DNA of 64,000 nucleotides. Origin: a virus. Taxonomy: Duplodnaviria; Caudoviricetes. A program made the position numbers and the translations under genes. The notes under the pieces are model-generated. The model was given only the letters and a program-made list of their open reading frames with translations. It was not told where the DNA came from and made no database searches. Shown here one piece after another: positions 55,228 to 64,000 of the stretch; the stretch's first letter is position 1; the number at the start of each line of letters is the position of its first letter. The DNA lies in IMG/VR virus record IMGVR_UViG_3300037455_000467, positions 16,425 through 80,424 of that record. One strand, given 5' to 3'.

Positions 55228-57231
55228 AAAAGACTCGACCTCGAGAGCAATCGCGCTGTACGGATGAGTAAGAGCACCAGAGCAACGGGTCTCGATCAAA
55301 TACTTCATCTGGTTGTAATCGATGTCAAAGTCATCAAAGAGCGACACTGCGCCACCCTTATCAGCACCAACAGTGTAATCAACCGGATTGAAGATCAGAG
55401 CCTTAAGAGACATCTGCTTAGAAGTAGTGGTCTCAACACCGTTATTAGTAGTAGTGATAGAAGCAGTACGAGTAATGCCCTCCATCACAGGAACCTCAAC
55501 GATCTCAGAAACACGCAGAGCAGCCTGAAGCTCATTCATGTCCTTGTAGAGACGACGACCAATACCATCCTTAGCAAGAAGCATATCAGCAATCACATCA
55601 TTAGTAGCGAACATCTTGGGATTGCCGGTGCCACGATACTCCTTACGAGCACGGACAGCAGCGTCAACCATCTTGCTAGCCTTAACGCTATCAGTGTCAC
55701 CATCCTCGTAAGTAACCTCATAGTAAATAGTGTAAACATCATCATCGCCATAAATCGGGCGGATGCGATCAGTCTTAATCTTGTCAGGAGCATTAACGCC
55801 ACGACCGTCACCAACAAGAATAGCACGACAAAGCTCCTCATTAAGCATAACACGAAGCTCCTGCTTAAGCCATGCAATGACATCAAGATCAGTAATATCA
55901 ATCACGTCATCACGATCAAGAGTCTGCTTCTTGTAAATGGTCTGAGGAGTGGTCTCACGGGAAAGCAGAGTGATAACCTGATCAGCCTTCTTATTACCCT
56001 TGACATAACCCTTCGCCCTTGCCTGATCGGCAGTGAGATTAGCAGCAATAGACTTAATACGCGCAAACGGAGTACGCTTAACAGCATTCCAAAGAATATC
56101 AACCCAGCCCATATTACGAGTAATCATATCAGGAGTAGGCTGAACCATACGAGCCTCAGGGAAGAGAATATCAATATCCTCAATGCCATGAGCAAGGAAC
56201 GTATCCTTTAGAGAATTAGAATTATAGGCATCCTCCATGATAGCGGTGAACTCGTCATGGGTCAGGACGTCGGACTCATCATAGCCGTCAGTGTACTCAT
56301 CATCGAAAACATTGTGCTTCATATCATTACCTCCATAATTAAACTCGGAATGCTCTGCCTCATTCTCATCGATTGCTTGACCAATCAAGAAGTATACAAT
56401 ATCTTTCTGCTTATCAGTAAGAGAATTAAATACATCCTCTACTGTCTCATCATCGTCTGCATGCTGCATGTCCTCATCGGACTCGTCATCTTCATAATAC
56501 TCATTCTCATCGTCATCGGCATGCTCAAGAGCATCCTGTATGGCAATTTCAATGAGCTTACCAACGGCCTCAATCTGATCATCAGTAAGGTCGTCAAGAA
56601 CAGGATCATCATCCAAATCATCTACAGCATCATCAAGTGCTGCATCAATGATCCTATCAATTGCATTAATCTGTTCATCGGTGAGCTCATCGAGAACATT
56701 ACCGTTGTTAGCCACAGAATCCTCCTCATCATCGTTATCGTCTGCGTGACTAAAATACTCAACAGAGTTAATGCCAGTAAATATAACTGCTTCATCATCA
56801 ACATCTGTGTAAGTACCATCTGCATGTGCAAAGCTAACGTTTTCGATGTATGCTCCAGGATTCGCTCCAGCTAAAACAAGGCTAACTTCACGAATAACGC
56901 CGTGAATAACGTCGCTGCCCTGCTGCTTAAGACGGTTAGCATAAATAGACATTGAAACAATATCACCATTACGAACCATCTCTTTGGCGTGTTGTCCTGC
57001 AGGAGTCTTATTAAACACTCCATAAGCATACACTCCGTCATCACGATTCTCAAGAAGAGCATGACCTAACACATTTGTGGGATCAGTATGTACATGCTGC
57101 CACACAAGTGGGACTTGCTTACCATCATTACCCTTGAAAGCATCGTGACGGATTACGCGACCATCTGCACAACGAAGATCATTTCTTGTGGCATACCCAC
57201 AAAAATCGTAATCCATAATAGTACCTTTCAT
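55225..57231 (-). CDS. fused prohead protease and HK97-fold major capsid protein
   Basis: VPLVWQH...VLGH, SIYAN, EVSLVLAGANPGA (protease); acidic linker; DFDIDYNQMKYLIETRCSGAL (capsid). Confidence 0.92.
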   Translation of the reverse strand: MKGTIMDYDFCGYATRNDLRCADGRVIRHDAFKGNDGKQVPLVWQHVHTDPTNVLGHALLENRDDGVYAYGVFNKTPAGQHAKEMVRNGDIVSMSIYANRLKQQGSDVIHGVIREVSLVLAGANPGAYIENVSFAHADGTYTDVDDEAVIFTGINSVEYFSHADDNDDEEDSVANNGNVLDELTDEQINAIDRIIDAALDDAVDDLDDDPVLDDLTDDQIEAVGKLIEIAIQDALEHADDDENEYYEDDESDEDMQHADDDETVEDVFNSLTDKQKDIVYFLIGQAIDENEAEHSEFNYGGNDMKHNVFDDEYTDGYDESDVLTHDEFTAIMEDAYNSNSLKDTFLAHGIEDIDILFPEARMVQPTPDMITRNMGWVDILWNAVKRTPFARIKSIAANLTADQARAKGYVKGNKKADQVITLLSRETTPQTIYKKQTLDRDDVIDITDLDVIAWLKQELRVMLNEELCRAILVGDGRGVNAPDKIKTDRIRPIYGDDDVYTIYYEVTYEDGDTDSVKASKMVDAAVRARKEYRGTGNPKMFATNDVIADMLLAKDGIGRRLYKDMNELQAALRVSEIVEVPVMEGITRTASITTTNNGVETTTSKQMSLKALIFNPVDYTVGADKGGAVSLFDDFDIDYNQMKYLIETRCSGALTHPYSAIALEVESF

Positions 57232-57361
57232 CTTTTAAGTATAACAAACTTCCATTTTGAATTGTTTTAGATCTAATTACCAATTAAGTATGTTTGTGTA
57301 TCTTAAATAATTATGTAACTAAATCTATTAACAAAATCATCAATAGAAGTTGTATGCAATA

Positions 57362-60300
57362 TTACGCTATTCGTCGCCGAACTAATCCAGATCGACGTTT
57401 AACCGCAGTTGCCCTAGCCATGTTCATAAGCAAATTGCGAGTATTGATCTGTTGGTTATTATTTTGGGAATTATTAGATGATGAATTAGACTCTGATTCA
57501 GACTTTTGTCTAGCAGCTTCTGCCTCAGCTCTATCCAACTCCAAAGCTTCTTGTAGCATACGCTCCTCAGCTTCTTGCTGTCTACGTTCTGCTTCTTCAG
57601 CTTTTCTAGTACGTTCATTCTCTTGTATTGTTTCAATCTGAGAATTAATACCATCAACTTGTTCAGCTAATTGTTCGCGTAATTTATCAATTTGAGCTCT
57701 CAAAGAATCAGTTAATTCTGAATGAGAGTCTCTAAGTTGTTTAATCTTATCTCTAATTGTTTGAATTTTATCTCTTTCGCCATCTTTGAATGACTTATCT
57801 TTTTCTCTATTTTGTTCAAGAGTATTACGTATGGGTTCAATCTTTCCTTGCTTTTCTTCACGTTTACTCTTAATGTCTTCTCGAATTTGTTTAATCTTTT
57901 CTCTATAATGTTTGCTCTTAGACCTACGTTCGGAAGCAGACATACCTTTTAATTCAGCCTGTAAGGATTTAATTTCAGCTTTTTGCTTAGCATTAAATTC
58001 TTTAAATTCATTATTAATGGATTTAATATTTCCTCTAAGGCCAGTAGAAATTTGTTTTGCCTGAGCTGTATAAGCTTTAATGCCTTCTCTAATAGCTTCT
58101 ATTGCAGCTTGCTGTGCTTTAACTTCTTCCTTATGAGCTTTCCGTTTCTCAGCAATTTCGTTTCTAATAGCATCAACTTGTGCCTTAGACTCATTACGCA
58201 ATTGTTTTATCTGATTTCGTAATTCTTGTACTTGATTCTTAGCAGCTTGGACTTGCTCTCGTTCAGATCGAGCTCGTTCTATCTTCTCTTGTGCTTCTTG
58301 CACATATGATTTAGTTACTCGAACTCCGGTCTTAGCCGATTTCTCAGCTTCTTTTTGATCTTTCTTTTGAGCAGTCTCTAATTGTTTACGTTCACTTTCC
58401 TCTTGGTTCTGCTGTCGAACATTTTCTTTACGTTCTTTCTCAGACTCTTGAACTTGAGTTATCTGCTTTTGAATGCCATCTACTTGCTGAGCTAATTGCT
58501 CTCTAAGAGCTTCTATTTGTTTTCGTAAACCTTCTGTCATAGTAGAATGAGATTCACGAAGTTGTTTAATTTTTTCTCTAATCTTTTCAATCTTACTTTG
58601 TTCTTGTTCTCTATGTTGTTCTTTTTGATTATTATTAGATTCTATAGTATTACGAAGTTGTTCAACTTGATTCTGCTTTTGCTCTCTTCTAGAACTAATT
58701 TGATCTCGCATCGATTCGATTTTGTTCTGATACTCTTTACGCTTATTTTTTCGTTGAGCTTTAGACATACCTTTTAATTCAGATCTGAGAGCTTTAATCT
58801 GACTTTGCATGTCTAAATTAAATGCTTTAAATTCACTATTAAGTGATTTGATATTACCTCGAATACCTTTATTAGTATTAGATACCCCATCACTATAAGT
58901 TTTTAAAGCATCTCGAATAGAAAGTATCTCATTCTTAAGATCAGTAATCTCCTGCTTATTCTTCTGAGCACTCTCTTTTATCTCATTTTGAATATTTGTA
59001 ACTTGTTCTTTAGTATTATTACGTAACTCTTTAATTTGATTACGTAACTCTTGAACCTGAGTTTTAGCAGCCTTTGCAGCTTCACGATTAGCTCGGGCTT
59101 TCTGAATAGAATTAAGAGTATTCTGATAATGGTTGGTATTAGCTGAGCCAGTAGCTTTTCCTTGTTGAGCTCGTTCAGCTTCTTTCTGCATTGCTTTAGA
59201 ATCTTGTTCCGCAGCTTTAGCCAACCGAGTTTCTTCTTTACTATCTCGCTCAGTTTCTTTTCTATTTTTCTCAGCTTCTTGAACGTCTTTAATTTGCTTT
59301 TGCAATCCATCTACTTGCTGATTAAGTTGTTCTCTAAGAGCAGCTATTTGCTTTCTTAGAGTTTCAGTCATAGTAGAATGAGACTCTCGAAGCTGTTTAA
59401 TCTTTTCTCTAATTGCTTCAATTTTACTTTGTTCTTGTTCTTTTCGCTGATCTCTACTAGTATTATTAGATTCTATAGTATTTCGAATCTGCTCAACTTG
59501 ACTTTGCTTTTGTTCACGTCGAGCTTTAATTTGATCTCTGAGTTGTTCAATTTTATTCTGATACTCATCACGCTTTTTCTTTCGCTGCGCTTTAGACAAT
59601 CCTCGAAGTTCCATTTGCATAGACTTTATTTGTCCTTGCAAATCAGCATTAAATTTCTTAAAATCATAATTTAATGATTTAATATTACTTCGAAGACCAT
59701 CATTAGTATTTTGAGATGTCTTAACAATATCCTTAATAGTATTTCGAATATTAGAAATTTCATCTCGATAAGAAGTCAACTCAGCTTTATAATCTTTAGT
59801 AGATTGAGTTATTTGATCACGAATAGACTTAATATCAGCATTTGTTTGAGTCTTTAAATCTTTTATACTTTTACGAAGATCTTGAATAGCACGTCTAGCA
59901 TTTTCAGCGGCTTCACGACTATTCCTAGCTCGTTCAACTTTTTGTTGAGCTTCCTCATACGCTTGATTTGTCTGAGAAGCAGCATTTAATGCAGCAATTT
60001 GCTTTTGAGCTTGATTTCTAGCAATTGGATTGTGAGCTAATCGAGCATCAGAATTAAGCTGATTTAATATCTGCTGAATCTGTTGTTGATTTTGTTCTTC
60101 TAATCTTCTTCGCTGTTCATCATCACGTTCTCTAGCTTGCTGTAATTGCTCTTCTTCTTTTTGACGTTGTTGCTCTTCACGTTCTTTACGTTGAGCTTCA
60201 AGCAATTCTTCAATACGTTCCTGAAGTTGCTCAATTCTTTCTCGCATCTCATCACGTTTATCTTGAATAGTCTTCCTTTGAGATTCAGTCTCGCTAGAAT

Positions 60301-61150
60301 GCTTTTCTCGAACGGATTTGATGTCTTGTCTAATTTTGTCAATTTTATTACGTTCTTCTTCTTTATGTCGATCAGTTTCAGCTTTATTCGAGTCAATCTT
60401 ATTACGTATTTGATCAACTTGATTCTGCTTTTGTTCACGTCTTTGTGAAATCTGATCTCGTAAAGAATCAATTTTATTTCTGTACTCTTCACGCTTCTTT
60501 TTACGTTGAGTACTACTCATTTCTTTTAGCTCTAGTCGCAGTTTATCTATTTCACCACGAAGACCTAAATTAAATTCTTTAAAATCATTATTTAAAGTCT
60601 TTATATCAGATCGTAATCCAGATGCAACTGTTTTGGCTTCATCCGAATATGTATTAAGATCAGCGCGAAGAGTTTCTGCTTGTTCTTTATACTCATCAAC
60701 AGTCTCTTTATACTCAGCTTTTGATTTCTCAATAGAATCTTGAATTTCAGCAATACCAGTATGAGTTGTTTCTCGAATTTCAGCAATTTCAGCACGTAAT
60801 TGTGCAATTTGGCTTGCATAGCCACTTTCAGAAGATGAAGCTTGTTCTTCTCGTTGACGATGAGACTCCTCAATCTTTTCAAGAGCCTCTTCATAATGTG
60901 TCTTTTTAGGCTGCTCTTCTTCAGTTTGAGTATCTTTATTAACTGGCTGGTATTCTTCTGACTGAGTTTGAAGCTTCTTTTCTTGATCTAAATTACGAAA
61001 TAATGATGGATCAGATGCAGCACTTGTACCAAAGCCTCTGTGTCCACCATATCGATCTTTATAACCTTTTAATTCTCGAATACGCAGATAATACTCATGC
61101 GCCTTCTCTGAATTGTAATATGGATTTGAATATTGAGGCATGGTAATCAA
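57362..61150 (-). CDS. 1262-aa head-module coiled-coil protein with four ~280-300-aa repeats
   Basis: N-terminal YNSEKAHEYYLRIRELKG; four copies of R.NIK.LN.(D/E)FK.FN...ELK.MS...R. Confidence 0.85.
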   Translation of the reverse strand: MITMPQYSNPYYNSEKAHEYYLRIRELKGYKDRYGGHRGFGTSAASDPSLFRNLDQEKKLQTQSEEYQPVNKDTQTEEEQPKKTHYEEALEKIEESHRQREEQASSSESGYASQIAQLRAEIAEIRETTHTGIAEIQDSIEKSKAEYKETVDEYKEQAETLRADLNTYSDEAKTVASGLRSDIKTLNNDFKEFNLGLRGEIDKLRLELKEMSSTQRKKKREEYRNKIDSLRDQISQRREQKQNQVDQIRNKIDSNKAETDRHKEEERNKIDKIRQDIKSVREKHSSETESQRKTIQDKRDEMRERIEQLQERIEELLEAQRKEREEQQRQKEEEQLQQARERDDEQRRRLEEQNQQQIQQILNQLNSDARLAHNPIARNQAQKQIAALNAASQTNQAYEEAQQKVERARNSREAAENARRAIQDLRKSIKDLKTQTNADIKSIRDQITQSTKDYKAELTSYRDEISNIRNTIKDIVKTSQNTNDGLRSNIKSLNYDFKKFNADLQGQIKSMQMELRGLSKAQRKKKRDEYQNKIEQLRDQIKARREQKQSQVEQIRNTIESNNTSRDQRKEQEQSKIEAIREKIKQLRESHSTMTETLRKQIAALREQLNQQVDGLQKQIKDVQEAEKNRKETERDSKEETRLAKAAEQDSKAMQKEAERAQQGKATGSANTNHYQNTLNSIQKARANREAAKAAKTQVQELRNQIKELRNNTKEQVTNIQNEIKESAQKNKQEITDLKNEILSIRDALKTYSDGVSNTNKGIRGNIKSLNSEFKAFNLDMQSQIKALRSELKGMSKAQRKNKRKEYQNKIESMRDQISSRREQKQNQVEQLRNTIESNNNQKEQHREQEQSKIEKIREKIKQLRESHSTMTEGLRKQIEALREQLAQQVDGIQKQITQVQESEKERKENVRQQNQEESERKQLETAQKKDQKEAEKSAKTGVRVTKSYVQEAQEKIERARSEREQVQAAKNQVQELRNQIKQLRNESKAQVDAIRNEIAEKRKAHKEEVKAQQAAIEAIREGIKAYTAQAKQISTGLRGNIKSINNEFKEFNAKQKAEIKSLQAELKGMSASERRSKSKHYREKIKQIREDIKSKREEKQGKIEPIRNTLEQNREKDKSFKDGERDKIQTIRDKIKQLRDSHSELTDSLRAQIDKLREQLAEQVDGINSQIETIQENERTRKAEEAERRQQEAEERMLQEALELDRAEAEAARQKSESESNSSSNNSQNNNQQINTRNLLMNMARATAVKRRSGLVRRRIA

Positions 61151-61154
61151 CTAC

Positions 61155-62540
61155 TTAGCCTAGTTGTGATTCCAATTCATCGAGCAATCGCTCAGTTTCA
61201 TCGAAATCTCCATTATCATTAGCTTCGTTAAGCAAATCTTCTAATCCGTCTAAGTCACTTCCACCAAGTTGATCAGCTAATGAACCTGAATTACTTCCAT
61301 TTTGATTTCCACTACTAGTTCCTGGAGCAATCTTATCAATTGGCATGTTCTTATTAATAAGCTCATCCGACCTAGGATTATCGCTAGCCTTATAGCCAAG
61401 AATAGCACGAACTTCATTAGCTGAAAGAATCTCATTACGACTAAATGCATTAGCCATGTTAGCAACTTCATCTGGAGTTACAAGATCAAATGCATCAATG
61501 TAATAAGCAATCTTCTGACCTTGAGTTCTAGCAGTAGGAGTAAGAAACTTTCTAGTAAATTCAAGCTCAATTGTATCAAGAATTGGTTTTAATACTTTCT
61601 TGTTATATACAAGCATCTGTTCTTGATTGGCAGTTCCACGGAATACATCGCCGCTTATACCAATCTGATTGTATAATTGCTCAGTAAGAGTTGTAATTTG
61701 ATTTGGAAGATCATTCTCAATTGATCGGTTAAGTTGTGTAACATGCTCTGTAGAATCGATGTATCCAACACCATACTTAGATCCAACTAGTTGATCTTCA
61801 AGCATCTTTCTACGCTCTTCCGCTTGTGCTTGTCTACTAGGAGACTTTAATGAGTATGGAAGTTGCACAAGAAGATTAAGTTTGGAAGATGCTTTTTGAC
61901 CATCAATCTGATCAAGAAGATTCATCTTATAAACTAGACGCTTAAGTGTTGAATTTGGCTCATTCATTACTGAATAAAATGGATTCTCAAGTATTGCTAC
62001 TTTATCCTTTGGTAATGTAATATCTTCTCTTTGACCATTTCGATCATTATATACATTAACTCGAACATATGATGGCATCCAGTCAACTATCTTACCAGTT
62101 CGCAATGACAAAATATCAAATGAATTATTTCGATCAAGATTAACATTTGTATCAACTGGAACTACAGCAATAACACCTTCGTCCAGCATGGATAAGGTTA
62201 CATCAACCCAAAAATCTCTAGCAGTTTGATCAATATTAGCCGATAATGTTATACAATCATTCAAGCTACTTTTAATATGGTCAACAAATCTGTCGTTAGA
62301 ATCGACCCTAACATGCTGAATCTGAATGGAGGCAACATCGTTTGCTATTCTATTAAATATAGAATTAAGAATAGATCGCTCACTACTATAACGCATTCGA
62401 TGACGATCTTGTCTAAAATAACTAGTTGATCCAATCTGACTCATCAAGGAGCGACCAGCTTCATCAGTAGTCTCAGATCGACGCTTTTCTTCAGATTGAA
62501 AAGCATTCCATGCACTAGCAAATCGATCTTTTAATGACAT
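61155..62540 (-). CDS. portal protein
   Basis: NRIANDVA, SANIDQT, RTGKIVDW, IENPFYSVMNEPNSTL, E.LS.NEVR..LG. Confidence 0.9.
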   Translation of the reverse strand: MSLKDRFASAWNAFQSEEKRRSETTDEAGRSLMSQIGSTSYFRQDRHRMRYSSERSILNSIFNRIANDVASIQIQHVRVDSNDRFVDHIKSSLNDCITLSANIDQTARDFWVDVTLSMLDEGVIAVVPVDTNVNLDRNNSFDILSLRTGKIVDWMPSYVRVNVYNDRNGQREDITLPKDKVAILENPFYSVMNEPNSTLKRLVYKMNLLDQIDGQKASSKLNLLVQLPYSLKSPSRQAQAEERRKMLEDQLVGSKYGVGYIDSTEHVTQLNRSIENDLPNQITTLTEQLYNQIGISGDVFRGTANQEQMLVYNKKVLKPILDTIELEFTRKFLTPTARTQGQKIAYYIDAFDLVTPDEVANMANAFSRNEILSANEVRAILGYKASDNPRSDELINKNMPIDKIAPGTSSGNQNGSNSGSLADQLGGSDLDGLEDLLNEANDNGDFDETERLLDELESQLG

Positions 62541-62590
62541 TAGTCACCTCCTTTAAAATATTAATTCAGAATTTTCATATTATTTAAATA

Positions 62591-63115
62591 TTAAATTCCA
62601 ACCCAGCTATATGGATTTGTATAAGCTCTAACATATGATTTTGCAGCAGCTTTTGCTTTAGAATCTCCTTGATTACGATATCTATTATATGATCCACGAA
62701 CAGAGCCTTTAACAAGTGCTGATTTAGCCATCTCAGTACGATGCGCTTTTTTAGCACTCTTTATTTTAGCAGCATCTCCACTAGCTTTAGCAGTATAAGT
62801 ATTGGCATAAATTCTATCTCGATTGGCTGCAACACTATATGCATCAGAAAGCCCTCTTGTACCAAATTTATCATATTTTTTAGCTTTTGCTTCTGATTCA
62901 TCAGCACGCTTATTTATTTTAGCAGCTTTTGCTTCATACTTAGCCTTACGTTTCTTACCTTTATCAGTAAGAGTACCATCAGAATTCTGATAGCGACGAA
63001 CTCCCCACTTCATACCTTTAATACCATGATGGTAAAGCGAATCAGTCCAGGAAGGTTCTACATGATATAGATAGCTCATAGCTACCTCCTTTAAAATATC
63101 ACTCAAATGCTTCAC
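62591..63115 (-). CDS. HHG-leader protein 8, between terminase and portal
   Basis: SLYHHGIKGMKWGVRRYQNSDGTLT; likely start at MSYLY (GGAGG upstream). Confidence 0.8.
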   Translation of the reverse strand: MKHLSDILKEVAMSYLYHVEPSWTDSLYHHGIKGMKWGVRRYQNSDGTLTDKGKKRKAKYEAKAAKINKRADESEAKAKKYDKFGTRGLSDAYSVAANRDRIYANTYTAKASGDAAKIKSAKKAHRTEMAKSALVKGSVRGSYNRYRNQGDSKAKAAAKSYVRAYTNPYSWVGI

Positions 63116-64000
63116 GATTTAGCTTATAAGATACATAAGCATCCATCATTGCAGCTACACTATCAATCTTTTTATCATTACGTTTCTTTAATAATTTACG
63201 ATTACCATTAGTATCTTCAAGAGTAATACAATTTCCCATACAGAATGACATAAGCTCTTCATCAAACAGCAATAACCGCTCTTCAGCAAGCTTCTTCAAT
63301 TCACCGAGAGGAACAGATTCTGTCTTAGCTCCCTGTATTACTTTTTCAACACCATACGGTCCATTCTCAGTACACCATCTAGCAACAAAATCTTTAGCAT
63401 TATATGGATCATACCCAAAACTAGCAACTTCATAGCCTACTTGTAAAATATATGCATCTAAATCATTATAGACTTCCATCATATCAAGTACTGCACCATC
63501 TAGTACAATGAGACTACCTTCATTAATAAAATCATCATACTTTTGACGCATAGCAAGTGGAAGTTTCTTAACAGTTAACTCAGATACATAACATCTAGTC
63601 TTAATTCCAAATGCTCCATCTCGCAATGGAAACATGAAAGTAAACGCACAGAAGTCATCACCTTGTGAAAGGTCGGCACCCATTGCACATCTCATTCCCC
63701 AGAAACTATGAGGACGATGTACTTTAGTTTCTTCATAAGTAAAGAAATATGTATAACCTTCCATAGGAATTCCAAAACGTTTTGCTAAAATATCATTGCG
63801 TGAAGCTGGATTCTTTTCAGCTCTCTCAACATCAAGCTGATAAGTTTCATAACTAACTGTCTTACCAATATTTGGCTGTGCTTTTATCCACATAGCCGGA
63901 TCGGCAACTTCTTTAACATCATCTAATTTATAATACCAAATCGAAACATGCGGGTTTACATACTCACCTTTAAGTATCGACATTAATTCCATTTTGATTG
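63099..64000 (-). CDS. terL: terminase large subunit, C-terminal nuclease part (truncated by window edge)
   Basis: W.KA.PNIG, GADLSQGDDF, FGYDPYNA, KIDSVAAMMDA. Confidence 0.9.
   Translation of the reverse strand, partial: IKMELMSILKGEYVNPHVSIWYYKLDDVKEVADPAMWIKAQPNIGKTVSYETYQLDVERAEKNPASRNDILAKRFGIPMEGYTYFFTYEETKVHRPHSFWGMRCAMGADLSQGDDFCAFTFMFPLRDGAFGIKTRCYVSELTVKKLPLAMRQKYDDFINEGSLIVLDGAVLDMMEVYNDLDAYILQVGYEVASFGYDPYNAKDFVARWCTENGPYGVEKVIQGAKTESVPLGELKKLAEERLLLFDEELMSFCMGNCITLEDTNGNRKLLKKRNDKKIDSVAAMMDAYVSYKLNREAFE

Noticed and set aside
54833-55285. Independent 150-aa gene starting MLWCSY
   Set aside because: Its ATG is inside the capsid CDS without an SD; better explained as the frameshift extension
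55264-56211. 315-aa plus-strand ORF (also 56257..56874)
   Set aside because: Antisense to the capsid gene, explained by its biased codon use

Overview
The window is most of the genome of an AT-rich tailed dsDNA phage (siphovirus morphotype). It is open at both ends, and no DNA polymerase, helicase, primase or integrase is visible. Essentially every real gene is on the minus strand. In transcription direction (right to left) the order is: terminase large subunit (truncated at the window edge), a short HHG-leader protein, portal, a 1262-aa four-repeat coiled-coil protein, a fused prohead protease/HK97-like major capsid protein with a probable -1 frameshift extension, head-tail and tail genes, tape measure and distal tail protein. 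Next comes a complete diversity-generating retroelement (target gene with VR, Avd-like protein, TR, YMDD reverse transcriptase) wedged between the distal tail protein and a 2502-aa tail spike. It is followed by a spore-coat-like/NlpC-P60 cluster, a lysis cassette (GH25-CHAP-ricin lysin, Dp-1-type holin) and a 7.8-kb block with seven more HHG-leader proteins interleaved with small promoter-gene-terminator cassettes. The last ~18 kb are small accessory genes, including ThyX, a MazG-like NTP-PPase, an HD-like protein, a degenerate ADP-ribosylhydrolase fold, an Acb2-like candidate, tRNA-Leu(TAA) and tRNA-Lys(TTT). The best candidate for an undescribed system is the eight proteins sharing an N-terminal (I/L)xHHG(I/V)xGxxWGxR leader fused to unrelated cargos (GNAT, ART-like, TM/coiled-coil). 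The same hydrophobic-x-His motif recurs in the capsid precursor linker, which suggests a protease-cleaved, capsid-packaged, modular effector set. All family assignments come from motif recognition by eye; no database search was run.
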